Assembly: GCA_041663005.1 (NCBI GenBank)
Contig: JBAZRK010000001.1
Location: 157,360-221,359 of the forward strand
Direction of reading: 5' to 3'
Length of the DNA: 64,000 nt
Source of the DNA: Minisyncoccota bacterium
GTDB lineage: Bacteria; Patescibacteriota; Minisyncoccia; Phycocordibacterales; UBA9973
Shown here: piece after piece, positions 1 to 9,368 of the stretch
Layout of the letters: each line of letters opens with the position of its first letter
Position numbering within the stretch: position 1 is the stretch's first letter
Notes under the pieces: model-generated
Seen by the model: only the letters and a program-made list of their open reading frames with translations
Told to the model about the DNA's origin: nothing
Database searches by the model: none
Position numbers and translations under genes: made by a program

Positions 1-1
1 T

Positions 2-565
2 TATGCCCCTTTCGACGGCATCATCACTAATATCGACAAGGAAGTCGGAGAAACTGCATCCTCAAGTGAAACAGTGCTCACGATGATGGGTGTCGGAACT
101 TTCCAGATTGAGAGTTTCGTGCCAGAAGTAAACATTGCACTTATCGATCTCTACGCTGAGGCGCAGGTTACCCTTGACGCGTATGGTGAAGACGTGCCTT
201 TTAACGCTAAAGTCATTGCAATAGACCCGGCTGAGACAATTAAAGATGGCGTTTCCACTTATAAAGTCGTACTCCAGTTTAGCGAGAAAGATGACCGCAT
301 AAAGTCAGGAATGACTGCCAATGTTTCGATCATAATTTTTAACAAGCCGGGTGTGATGGTTGTGCCCGGTGGCGTGATTCTAAACCAGGATGGAAAAAAT
401 TATGTGCAAATAAAAACCGTTGAAGGTTTAGCTCTCAGAGAAGTAGTGACAGGAGCCGTGTCCACGCTGGGTCAGGTTGAAATTGTATCCGGCCTTTCTG
501 AAGGCGACGAAGTAATACTTAATCCAGATGTCGGAAATCAAAAATCCCCGATGTCCGACATCTAA
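2..565 (+). CDS. Efflux membrane-fusion (periplasmic adaptor) protein, 5'-truncated by window edge
   Basis: Frame open from base 2 (YAPFDGIIT...); IKSGMTANV and VEIVSGLSEGDEV motifs; upstream of ABC permease and ATPase. Confidence 0.85.
   Translation, partial: YAPFDGIITNIDKEVGETASSSETVLTMMGVGTFQIESFVPEVNIALIDLYAEAQVTLDAYGEDVPFNAKVIAIDPAETIKDGVSTYKVVLQFSEKDDRIKSGMTANVSIIIFNKPGVMVVPGGVILNQDGKNYVQIKTVEGLALREVVTGAVSTLGQVEIVSGLSEGDEVILNPDVGNQKSPMSDI
527..562. repeat. 36-bp palindromic REP-like element (family A), in frame at the CDS end
   Basis: gatgtcggaaatc-N10-gatgtccgacatc; same length and architecture as 2981-3016. Confidence 0.7.
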
Positions 566-571
566 ATAAAT

Positions 572-1828
572 ATGTTTTCCTCGTTAAATATACGCATTGG
601 ATACTTTCTGGCGAAGCGGCAGATTAAACGCTCAAGCCTTTGGACTACGATACTCATAGTATTCGTAATGTTTTTTACTTTCATAAATCTCGTGGTGGTG
701 AGCGGAATTTTGGTCGGGCTTATTCAGGGTGCCATAGTAGCGGTGCGGTCGCATTACACTAGCGACGTCATCATTTCAACTCTCAACAATAAGACTTACA
801 TTGAAAACAGCCCGGAAATTTTAGGCATAGTTAATTCCTTACCTCAAGTTGAAGGTGTAACGGCGCGCTACTTGGAGGGCGGTACGCTCGAAGCGAACTA
901 CAAGACTCGCACAAACGATAAAGAAAAGCCGAACACCGCCGGAGCATCCATCACTGGCATCGACCCGGTCGCTGAAGATGAAGTCACCAATCTTTCGAAA
1001 TTCATCGTCGAAGGCGAATACCTCCAGCCTGGCGACTACGACCAAGTGCTTTTAGGTGCGTACTTAACTCAGAAATATTTGCCGATAGATTCTCCCGGCT
1101 TTTCGACTCTTCGTGATGTAACGCCTGGAACTAAAATCAGAATAAAAGTGCACGATGTGGAACGAGAAGTAACCATCAAGGGAATAATCAAGGCGAAAGT
1201 TGATGAGGTCAGTATGAGGGTTTTTATGGTGGACTCACAGCTTAAGAGTATGATTGGCCGGAATGATTACAATGTGGATGAAATTTCAATTAAGCTTGCA
1301 CCGAACGCAGACCCGGCGCTGGTACGTGATATTTTGAAACAAAACGGAGTGGATAAAGTTGCAAAAGTGCAAACATACACTGATGCCCAGCCGAAATTTA
1401 TTAAAGATATGGTGGACACATTTGCCCTGCTCGGTAATATGCTTTCTTCTATCGGACTCGTGGTGGCGTCCATCACCATCTTCATCGTTATTTTCATTAA
1501 CGCCATTACTCGTCGTAAATTTATCGGAATTTTGAAGGGGATTGGAATTAACGAAAGAGCTATCGAGATATCGTACGTAATGCAATCATTTTTTTACGCG
1601 CTATGCGGTTCAGTGATAGGAATCATTTTTCTATACGCCTTTCTTCAGCCGGCTATTGCGGCGCACCCGATAGACTTTCCTTTCTCTGACGGAATACTTG
1701 TAGCGCCCTTGGGCGGAACCCTTTTACGTATAGCACTCTTGATGGTGACGACGATTATTGCCGGCTTTATCCCGGCGCGATTGATTGTCCGCAGGAACAC
1801 GCTCGACTCGATTTTAGGTAGAAAATAA
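572..1828 (+). CDS. ABC transporter permease, MacB/FtsX/LolE family
   Basis: N-terminal TM, large extracytoplasmic domain, three C-terminal TMs, RRKFIGILKGIG motif. Confidence 0.85.
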   Translation: MFSSLNIRIGYFLAKRQIKRSSLWTTILIVFVMFFTFINLVVVSGILVGLIQGAIVAVRSHYTSDVIISTLNNKTYIENSPEILGIVNSLPQVEGVTARYLEGGTLEANYKTRTNDKEKPNTAGASITGIDPVAEDEVTNLSKFIVEGEYLQPGDYDQVLLGAYLTQKYLPIDSPGFSTLRDVTPGTKIRIKVHDVEREVTIKGIIKAKVDEVSMRVFMVDSQLKSMIGRNDYNVDEISIKLAPNADPALVRDILKQNGVDKVAKVQTYTDAQPKFIKDMVDTFALLGNMLSSIGLVVASITIFIVIFINAITRRKFIGILKGIGINERAIEISYVMQSFFYALCGSVIGIIFLYAFLQPAIAAHPIDFPFSDGILVAPLGGTLLRIALLMVTTIIAGFIPARLIVRRNTLDSILGRK

Positions 1829-1839
1829 TTTAAAGATTT

Positions 1840-2517
1840 ATGATTACTGTAAAAAATTTAAAAAAATCATTCGAAGATGGAGAAAGTACTACAGAAGTCC
1901 TCAAGGGGATTGATTTCGTAGCGCAGAGCGGAGAATTTATCGCCATTATGGGGAGAAGTGGTGCGGGGAAAAGCACCTTTCTATATCAAATGAGCTTACT
2001 AGATGAACCCACCGAAGGGGAAATTTTCATAGACAATATAGACACGCACAATATGACCCCAACCGAGAAAACGCAATTTCGACTGACGGAATTGGGCTAT
2101 GTGTTCCAGGATTACGCATTACTTCCTGAATTAAATGCTGTTGAAAATGTGGCCTTGCCGCTCTTGATGCAAAATTTGCCGGAGAAGCAGGCATTCGCCA
2201 AGGCAACCGAAGCACTTACAAAAGTTGGCCTGGGGAAGAGGCTTACAAATTTACCTTCGAAACTCTCGGGCGGAGAACAGCAGAGAGTCTCCATTGCTCG
2301 TGCCATAGCCCACGAACCGAAAATACTTTTCGCCGATGAACCGACGGCAAACTTGGACAACGAATCTTCTCGCATAGTAATGGAAATTTTCAAAGAGCTG
2401 CATCGAGGAGGACAGACCATCGTAATGGTGACCCACGAAGAAGAATTCTCGAAGCACGCCGAACGCATCGTGCACCTCGACGACGGCAAAATCGTCCGGG
2501 AAATTAAGCAAAAATAA
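1840..2517 (+). CDS. ABC transporter ATP-binding protein (LolD/MacB-like)
   Basis: GRSGAGKST, LSGGEQQRV, ADEPT, VTHE. Confidence 0.95.
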   Translation: MITVKNLKKSFEDGESTTEVLKGIDFVAQSGEFIAIMGRSGAGKSTFLYQMSLLDEPTEGEIFIDNIDTHNMTPTEKTQFRLTELGYVFQDYALLPELNAVENVALPLLMQNLPEKQAFAKATEALTKVGLGKRLTNLPSKLSGGEQQRVSIARAIAHEPKILFADEPTANLDNESSRIVMEIFKELHRGGQTIVMVTHEEEFSKHAERIVHLDDGKIVREIKQK

Positions 2518-2535
2518 AGCTGTCGATTTTTAGGC

Positions 2536-2570
2536 GGGGCAGTCGTACTATGCGCGACTGCCTCTTTTAT
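2536..2570 (+). terminator. Intrinsic terminator
   Basis: ggggcagtcg/cgactgcctc stem followed by T-rich run. Confidence 0.65.
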
Positions 2571-2584
2571 ATTTTTATGTTAAA

Positions 2585-4057
2585 ATGTTCTCAGTGTCAG
2601 ACAATAAATATTATTGCACCATAGGGCTAGAAATTCACGCGGAGTTAAAAACACTCACGAAGATGTTTTGCGCGTGCAAGAACGACCCCGACGAAGAGAA
2701 GCCAAACACGAATATTTGCCCGGTATGCATGGCGCACCCGGGGGCTTTGCCTGTACCCAACAAGAAGGCGATTGAAAGCGTGATTAAAGTGGGCCTCGCC
2801 ATGGGGGGGGAAATTGCTGATTTTACTGAGTTCGATCGCAAAAATTACTTTTATCCGGACATCCCGAAAGGTTATCAGATTTCACAGTTTGAGTACCCGA
2901 TAGTTTCCGGCGGGCATTTGGCGGATATGGACGTCACTCGCATACACCTAGAGGAAGATACGGGAACGAATAAACATTTTGACGTCGGACGTCAAGATTC
3001 CCAGACGTCCGACGTCGGGTATTCATTGATTGATTTCAATCGTGCTGGCGTCCCACTTATGGAGCTTGTAACTGAGCCGCACACATTTGAAAGTGCCGAG
3101 GAAACCGCGAAGAAGGCTTCTAAGTTTGCTAAAGAGCTTCAGCTAGTGCTCTGGTACCTAGATGTTTCGGAAGCAAATATGGAAAAGGGCGAGATGCGAG
3201 TGGAGGCGAACATTTCTATAACCAAGGATCCGAAAGTTTTCGGTACGAAAGTTGAAGTAAAAAACTTGAACTCGTTCAGAAGCGTAGAGAGGGCAATTAA
3301 ATATGAGGTAGACAGAATGACTGAGCTTGTGGAAGCAGGCCGAGGCAATGAAATTGTCCAGGAGACCAGAGGTTGGAACGAAGCCAAGCAAGAGACCTTT
3401 TCTCAAAGGAAGAAGGAGGGAAGTGCTGACTATCGATATTTCCCAGACCCGGATTTACCGAAGATGAAGCTTCACGAAGCCTTCGATTTGGAAAAAATGA
3501 AAAAAGATTTACCGGAGTTACCGGGAGGGAAACGAGCTCGATATCAGAAGGATTTCGGAATCAAAAATGAAGACGTTGAGAGTTATATCAATGACCCTGA
3601 GCTGGGTGCCTGGTTTGAAGATATCGTTAGGATTTTAAAGGATGGAGAAAAGGTACGAGTAGCATCGAACTACATAACGTCCGACTACTTAGGACTGAAG
3701 AAAGCAAATTCGGACGTTGGACGTCCGAATGCGGAGAACTTCGCAGAGCTCGTGGACTTAGTGTCGGGAGGTAAAATCTCTTCACGCGCGGCGAAAGACA
3801 TCCTTGCTATGATAGTAGTGAAAGATGAGTCTCCAGTTAAAATTGCCACTGAAAAAAACATGCTTCAGGTGAGTGACGAAGGTGCGATTAAATCCATAGC
3901 AGAGCAAATTATCGCAGAAAATCCCGAAGTGGTGGCCACGTATAAATCAGGAAAAGAAAATGCGATTATGTCTCTGGTTGGTAAAGTTATAAAAACAAGC
4001 AATGGCAGTGCCAATCCGCAAGTGGTTTTAAAATTATTAAAAGATTTGTTAAAATAA
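2585..4057 (+). CDS. gatB: Asp/Glu-tRNA amidotransferase subunit B
   Basis: IGLEIHAEL, FDRKNYFYPD, HLEEDTG, DFNRAGVPLMELVTEP, YRYFPDPDL. Confidence 0.97.
   Translation: MFSVSDNKYYCTIGLEIHAELKTLTKMFCACKNDPDEEKPNTNICPVCMAHPGALPVPNKKAIESVIKVGLAMGGEIADFTEFDRKNYFYPDIPKGYQISQFEYPIVSGGHLADMDVTRIHLEEDTGTNKHFDVGRQDSQTSDVGYSLIDFNRAGVPLMELVTEPHTFESAEETAKKASKFAKELQLVLWYLDVSEANMEKGEMRVEANISITKDPKVFGTKVEVKNLNSFRSVERAIKYEVDRMTELVEAGRGNEIVQETRGWNEAKQETFSQRKKEGSADYRYFPDPDLPKMKLHEAFDLEKMKKDLPELPGGKRARYQKDFGIKNEDVESYINDPELGAWFEDIVRILKDGEKVRVASNYITSDYLGLKKANSDVGRPNAENFAELVDLVSGGKISSRAAKDILAMIVVKDESPVKIATEKNMLQVSDEGAIKSIAEQIIAENPEVVATYKSGKENAIMSLVGKVIKTSNGSANPQVVLKLLKDLLK
2981..3016. repeat. 36-bp palindromic REP-like element (family A), in frame inside gatB
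   Basis: Perfect 13-bp inverted repeat gacgtcggacgtc-N10-gacgtccgacgtc encoding DVGRQDSQTSDV. Confidence 0.75.
3708..3730. repeat. Short palindrome related to family A, inside gatB
   Basis: attcggacgt-tgg-acgtccgaat; central 17-mer is the exact reverse complement of 24940-24956. Confidence 0.55.
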
Positions 4058-4131
4058 AAATACTTGTCCCGTTATAAATTCAACGAACGTGATATTATTG
4101 TTAAAATTATTAATTTAAAATTTATAATGGG

Positions 4132-5004
4132 ATGAAAACATTACGCGAGTGTGTGAAGGAAGCTGACGAGGAAGGAGTAGCCATAGGGCATTTCAATATT
4201 TCGAACCTAGAAGCTTTTCACGGAATTTATAATGCTGCTAAAAATTTAAATCTCCCGATAGTAATAGGCCTCTCTGAGGGTGAAGCACAATTCGTAGGCT
4301 ATGCGGAGGGTGCGGCGCTAGTGCGTGCCGTGAGAGAGCGCGACAATTACCCTATTTTCCTAAATGCTGATCACCACTACAGTTTCGAGAGTGTAAAGAT
4401 CGCCATTGATGCTGGCTTTGATGCGGTGGTTATCGATGCAGTAAAATTGCCGCTCGAGGAAAATATTGTTCTCACGAAAAAGTGCGTAGACTACGCGCGC
4501 GAAGTTTCTAAGCGTGAAGGTCGCGACATTTTAGTCGAAGCAGAACTCGGATTTATCGGCTCGTCGTCCAAGATTTTGGAAAAAATGCCTGACGGAGTTT
4601 CGGAAGAAACAATGACCAAGCCCGAAGAAGCGAAAATGTTTGTGGAAGCCACGGGGATAGATATGCTCGCACCCTCAATAGGTAACGTTCACGGAATGGT
4701 AAAGAGCGGTAACCCACGCCTCCACCCAGAACGAGTGAAGGCAATCAGAGAAGCCGCAGGTGTGCCTTTGGTACTCCACGGAGGATCAGGCTCAATGAAT
4801 GAAGATTTCGTAGAATGTATCAAGTCCGGTGTCAGTACCGTACACATTAACACTGAGATTCGTATGGCCTTCACTAACGCGTTGCGCAGGTCTCTCTCCG
4901 ACAGCCCTGAAGAAATAACTCCTTACAAATATCTCCCAGCCGGACTTAAGGCAGTGCAGGATGTAGTAGAGGCCCGACTTAAACTTTTCAATGGGATTAA
5001 ATAA
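4132..5004 (+). CDS. fba: Class II fructose-bisphosphate aldolase
   Basis: LNADH, VEAELG, IGNVHG, LVLHGGSG, HINTE. Confidence 0.92.
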   Translation: MKTLRECVKEADEEGVAIGHFNISNLEAFHGIYNAAKNLNLPIVIGLSEGEAQFVGYAEGAALVRAVRERDNYPIFLNADHHYSFESVKIAIDAGFDAVVIDAVKLPLEENIVLTKKCVDYAREVSKREGRDILVEAELGFIGSSSKILEKMPDGVSEETMTKPEEAKMFVEATGIDMLAPSIGNVHGMVKSGNPRLHPERVKAIREAAGVPLVLHGGSGSMNEDFVECIKSGVSTVHINTEIRMAFTNALRRSLSDSPEEITPYKYLPAGLKAVQDVVEARLKLFNGIK

Positions 5005-6807
5005 GTGAAGGAAGAAATACTAAAATTTTTTGCAGGTGAGGTGGATGACAGCGAAGAAACTCTCGCGAAGTATTCTCTCGATGCGAGCCTGCTTAGAGTT
5101 AAGCCCAAGTTGGTGCTTTTCCCGAAGGACAAAGAAGATGTGAAAAAATTAGTAAAGTGGGCAGGTGAATTTAAGGATCTCTACGACCACCCTGGCAATC
5201 CTGGGACGAGTGTATCCATAACGGCCCGATGTGCAGGCACTGATATGTCTGGAGGCGCGATAGGTGAGTCGCTTATCCTCGACTTTACTAAGTATATGAA
5301 CAAGCTCGTCGGAGGACCCTTGCCGTTAGGAGGTGCGCCCAAGTCTTTTAAAAAAAATAAAGATAATAAACTTCTCCAGGCATACCCGCAGATGGCTTCG
5401 TCCATTACCGTACAGTCTGGGATGTTTTACCGCGATTTTGAAAAAATAACTCTCGCTAAAGGCTTAATTTTACCCTGCTATACGGCTTCGAAAAACATTA
5501 ATGCTATGGGCGGAATGTTTGGCAACAATTCCGCCGGCGAGAGGACTCTAAAATACGGACAAATGGAAAATTATGTGTTGTCATCCAAGGTTGTTTTCGC
5601 CGATGGGAATGAATATGAAGTGAAGCCGCTTAATCGCGACGAACTCGATAGAAAAATGGCGCAAGGAGATTTCGAAGGGAATGTTTATAAAAATATTCTT
5701 AATTTGATCAACGAGAATGAAGGCGAGATTCTCCACGCGAAACCTGCAGTCAGCAAGAATTCCGCCGGGTATTATATATGGAACGTGGTGAGTGGTCGGG
5801 GGAAGGATTTCAAGTTCGATTTGAACAAGCTCTTGGTGGGTTCCCAGGGCACGCTCGGCTTGGTGACGGAAATGACACTCAAGGTCCTGCCCGACAATAT
5901 ACATACGAAACTCGTAGCCATATCTATGGATGATTTGGCGCCACTCGGGAGAGTGGTAGATGAAATTCTAACCTTTAATCCGGAATCACTAGAGACATAT
6001 GACGATAAAACAATGAAACTCGCGGTGAAATTTTTCCCAGATTTTCTCAAGAACAAAGGCTTGGTTCAAGCGGTTAGAGTTTTAAAAAGCTTTTGGCCCG
6101 AGTTCAAAATGTTTCTTTTCGGGGGAATGCCGAAGCTGGTAATACTCGCGGAATTTGCGGGAGAAAATGACAAAGAAGTAGAAGCTAAATGCGCCAAACT
6201 TAAATCCACCCTTTCACATTTTAAATTGGAGGTTCACATTACCAGTACTACCACTGAAGCCAACAAGTACTGGGATATCAGAAGGGAGAGCTTCGCTCTT
6301 TTACGAAAACATGTGAAGGGGATGCGCACTGCGCCTTTCATCGACGACATAATTGTACGACCGGAATTCTTGCCGAAATTCCTACCGGAATTAAATGTCT
6401 TGTTAAACCAGTACCGGGGTAAGCTCATCTATACATTGGCGGGTCACGCTGGCAATGGCAATTTCCACGTAATACCATTGATGGATTTCTCGAGACCGGA
6501 CACGGCGAAAACCATTCTCGGATTAAGCGACAAGGTGTTCGAATTAGTGCTCCGATATCACGGTTCTTTAGCGGCGGAGCACAATGACGGCCTGATAAGG
6601 ACACCATACCTTGCGAGTATGTATGGCGAGCGGGTCACAAAAATATTTGCAAAAATCAAAGATATTTTCGATTCGAAAAACATTTTGAACCCGGGGAAAA
6701 AGGTCCCGATGAAAAATATTGCGGGCGACCCCGGGGCCCAAGCTGGAACTAAAGAATACATTGCGCGACACGTAGCCCTTGAGCACCATGCGGTGCATAA
6801 AGTTTAA
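5005..6807 (+). CDS. FAD-linked oxidase (GlcD/D-lactate dehydrogenase-like)
   Basis: RCAGTDMSG, GSQGTLG, GHAGNGNFH, AEHNDG, LNPGKK. Confidence 0.85.
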   Translation: MKEEILKFFAGEVDDSEETLAKYSLDASLLRVKPKLVLFPKDKEDVKKLVKWAGEFKDLYDHPGNPGTSVSITARCAGTDMSGGAIGESLILDFTKYMNKLVGGPLPLGGAPKSFKKNKDNKLLQAYPQMASSITVQSGMFYRDFEKITLAKGLILPCYTASKNINAMGGMFGNNSAGERTLKYGQMENYVLSSKVVFADGNEYEVKPLNRDELDRKMAQGDFEGNVYKNILNLINENEGEILHAKPAVSKNSAGYYIWNVVSGRGKDFKFDLNKLLVGSQGTLGLVTEMTLKVLPDNIHTKLVAISMDDLAPLGRVVDEILTFNPESLETYDDKTMKLAVKFFPDFLKNKGLVQAVRVLKSFWPEFKMFLFGGMPKLVILAEFAGENDKEVEAKCAKLKSTLSHFKLEVHITSTTTEANKYWDIRRESFALLRKHVKGMRTAPFIDDIIVRPEFLPKFLPELNVLLNQYRGKLIYTLAGHAGNGNFHVIPLMDFSRPDTAKTILGLSDKVFELVLRYHGSLAAEHNDGLIRTPYLASMYGERVTKIFAKIKDIFDSKNILNPGKKVPMKNIAGDPGAQAGTKEYIARHVALEHHAVHKV

Positions 6808-6834
6808 AGATATTGCAATTTTCCCATTTTTGTA

Positions 6835-6892
6835 TATACCCCCACACCTATTAACCTTGTAAACGTTGACTTTTTATAGGTGTGGGGGTATA
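6835..6892. mobile_element. MITE-like hairpin element (family B) carrying the rplY -35 box
   Basis: 17-bp perfect inverted repeats tatacccccacacctat/ataggtgtgggggtata; same arms at 22226-22301. Confidence 0.7.
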
Positions 6893-6894
6893 CT
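6866..6894 (+). promoter_or_regulatory. Sigma70 promoter for rplY (probably leaderless)
   Basis: TTGACT-N17-TATACT, then 6 nt to ATG 6901. Confidence 0.7.
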
Positions 6895-6900
6895 GTTTTT

Positions 6901-7566
6901 ATGTTTGCAATTAAAGCGAAACCGAGAGATAAGTCCGCAAAACTAGACGCTTTGCGAAAGTCCGGAGAAATACCGGCTGTTTTTTACGGAGCTGGCAAGG
7001 AAACGACCTCCATCTCTGTCCCATTTATTGATTTCAAGAAAGTATGGCGCGACGCAGGGGAGTCATCTGCAGTCAAAGTAGAAGTACCCGGAGGCGCTGT
7101 TGACGCGCTTATTCACGAAGTGCAGGTGGACCCTATCACCGAAGAGCCCGTACACGTTGACTTCATCGTTATCGACATGAAGAAGAAGATACGCGTCAAT
7201 GTACCGCTTGTATTCGAGGGTATTTCTGACGCGGTGAAGACAGGTATTGGTAACTTGGTTAAAGTTCTTCACGAGATTGAAGTGGAAGCACTGCCTGCTG
7301 ATTTACCACACGACCTTGTTGTTGATATTTCTAAATTAAAGACTTTGGAAGATACCGTAGTTGTCTCCGACATTGCATTGCCTAGCGGCGTCGTTGCCAT
7401 AACTTTGGGCACTGAGGTGGTGGCTTCTGTCGTTGCTCAAGTGGAAGAGAAAGAAGAAGCACCAGAACCGGTTGATTTGTCTGCAATCGAAGTTGAAAAG
7501 AAAGGTAAGAAGGAAGAGGAAGGCGCAGAGGGGGCTCCGGCAGAGGAAAATGCTGAAGCAAAATAG
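6901..7566 (+). CDS. rplY: 50S ribosomal protein L25/Ctc
   Basis: GEIPAVFYG, EVQVDP, HVDF, acidic tail; start moved from track position 6880 to ATG 6901. Confidence 0.93.
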   Translation: MFAIKAKPRDKSAKLDALRKSGEIPAVFYGAGKETTSISVPFIDFKKVWRDAGESSAVKVEVPGGAVDALIHEVQVDPITEEPVHVDFIVIDMKKKIRVNVPLVFEGISDAVKTGIGNLVKVLHEIEVEALPADLPHDLVVDISKLKTLEDTVVVSDIALPSGVVAITLGTEVVASVVAQVEEKEEAPEPVDLSAIEVEKKGKKEEEGAEGAPAEENAEAK

Positions 7567-7598
7567 CAAAACTCGAAATTTTTTGATACAATGGAGCT

Positions 7599-8975
7599 AT
7601 GACGAGAAAGACAGCCATAGCTTTTTTTGTTTTAATGTTTGCATTTTCTCTGGCGTTGGTGTCAAAGCCCGTGGACGCCTTTGATTGTTTGACCCTTACC
7701 AGCTCATCCAGCAAAACGGATAAAGAATATTGCCAAAGGGAATTAAATCAAATTGAGGCCCAGCTTGCCGAGCTCCTAGAGAAGCAGAAACAGCAACAAA
7801 AACAGACCGGAACCCTCAAGGGCGACGTAGCGTACCTGCAGAGCCAGATTGATGCCCTAAAAACCAAAATAAAATCCCGAGCCCTCGTGATTTCACAGCT
7901 CAAGGTAGACATTGCCGAGAAAAGTACGACTATTAGATCCCTTTCTCAAAAGATAGATAGGGAACACGAGTCGTTGGCGCAGCTCCTCAGGAACACCAAC
8001 GAGTTCGACGGAGACAATCTTATGCATTTGATTCTATCGGACGAGAGTATTTCGTCTTTCTATAGCGACCTGGAATCATACGCATCAATTAAAAAAGCGG
8101 TCAAAGAATCCGTGGATAATATTCGCGGCATTAAGACCGAAACGGAGGTGGCCAAAGAAGATTTAGAGAAAAAGCATGATGCAGAGACGGACGCCAAGGC
8201 CGAGCTTGAGAATGCCCAGAAAAAAGTTGCAGTGGCCGAGGCAGAAAAGAAAAAATACCTAGCAATATCCCAGCAGACAGAAGCGGCTTACCAGCAACTT
8301 GCCGCCGAGAAAAAAGCTCGCGCCGATCGAATTCGAGCGGCACTTTTTCCTCTAGCCAACACAACTACGAAAATTGACTTCGGTACAGCGCTTACCTATG
8401 CGAAAGAAATGCAACAAGTCACCGGCATAGAACCCGCTTTTCTGCTGGCAGTCTTAACTCAAGAGTCTAATCTGGGATCCAACGTCGGGCAGTGTTATCT
8501 AACAAACCAGCAAACAGGTGCGGGTGTCGGCAAGAATACCGGCACACCTTTCGTCAACGTTATGAAGCCAATGGGTCTTACGGGGAGAAAGGGTGACGTG
8601 GAAGACTTTTTGTCGATAACATCTAAACTTGGCCGAGTATGGAACCAGACTCCAATTTCTTGCCCTATTGCCGGGGTTGCGGGCTACGGAGGGGCTATGG
8701 GTCCGGCGCAATTCATTCCGACGACCTGGAAATTGTTTGAAAGCAGATTAAAGATTGCCTTAGGGCGCGATGCTGATCCTTGGTCCCCCCACGATGCCTT
8801 TATGGCTTCTGCGATGTATCTAACAGATCTAGGAGCAGTGGGTACGAGTGCGAGCTCTCAACACAAAGCTGCCTGCCGATATTATGGTACCGGAGGGGCC
8901 ACTTGCTCTTACAGCAACAGCGTAATGAGCCATAAGGCGAAAATCCAGGCGAACATAGACCTGTTAGCCCTGTAG
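7599..8975 (+). CDS. Secreted coiled-coil protein with C-terminal lytic transglycosylase domain
   Basis: Signal peptide, long coiled coil, LTQESNLG and GGAMGPAQFIPTTW. Confidence 0.85.
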   Translation: MTRKTAIAFFVLMFAFSLALVSKPVDAFDCLTLTSSSSKTDKEYCQRELNQIEAQLAELLEKQKQQQKQTGTLKGDVAYLQSQIDALKTKIKSRALVISQLKVDIAEKSTTIRSLSQKIDREHESLAQLLRNTNEFDGDNLMHLILSDESISSFYSDLESYASIKKAVKESVDNIRGIKTETEVAKEDLEKKHDAETDAKAELENAQKKVAVAEAEKKKYLAISQQTEAAYQQLAAEKKARADRIRAALFPLANTTTKIDFGTALTYAKEMQQVTGIEPAFLLAVLTQESNLGSNVGQCYLTNQQTGAGVGKNTGTPFVNVMKPMGLTGRKGDVEDFLSITSKLGRVWNQTPISCPIAGVAGYGGAMGPAQFIPTTWKLFESRLKIALGRDADPWSPHDAFMASAMYLTDLGAVGTSASSQHKAACRYYGTGGATCSYSNSVMSHKAKIQANIDLLAL

Positions 8976-9037
8976 TGAGCTCTGCTCTACTACTAGGGTT
9001 TGCTTTCTATGTAAATTCGTGATAATCTACAAAAACT

Positions 9038-9256
9038 ATGAAAAAAGACGTACATCCCAAATATGACCTAAAAGCCAAAGCTTCCTGTGCCTGCGGGGCG
9101 ATATTTGAAGTTGGTTCCACTATGCCCGCTATTCAAATGGAAATCTGCAGTCAGTGCCACCCTTTCTACACCGGAAACGAAAAGATAATGGACACTGCTG
9201 GACGTGTAGAAAGATTCAACAAGCGCCGCGCTGCCTCTGTAAAAGCTAAAAAGTAA
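9038..9256 (+). CDS. rpmE: 50S ribosomal protein L31 (Zn-binding type)
   Basis: [30 protein letters not shown]. Confidence 0.97.
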   Translation: MKKDVHPKYDLKAKASCACGAIFEVGSTMPAIQMEICSQCHPFYTGNEKIMDTAGRVERFNKRRAASVKAKK

Positions 9257-9368
9257 GTAAGTTAAAAATCCTGAAAATTAAATTTTGTTGCGTTAAGCCG
9301 AAAGGATAATGCTCTTGCAAAATTTATCTTCAGGATTTTTATTTTGTCAAAATGTTATAATAAGTTAT

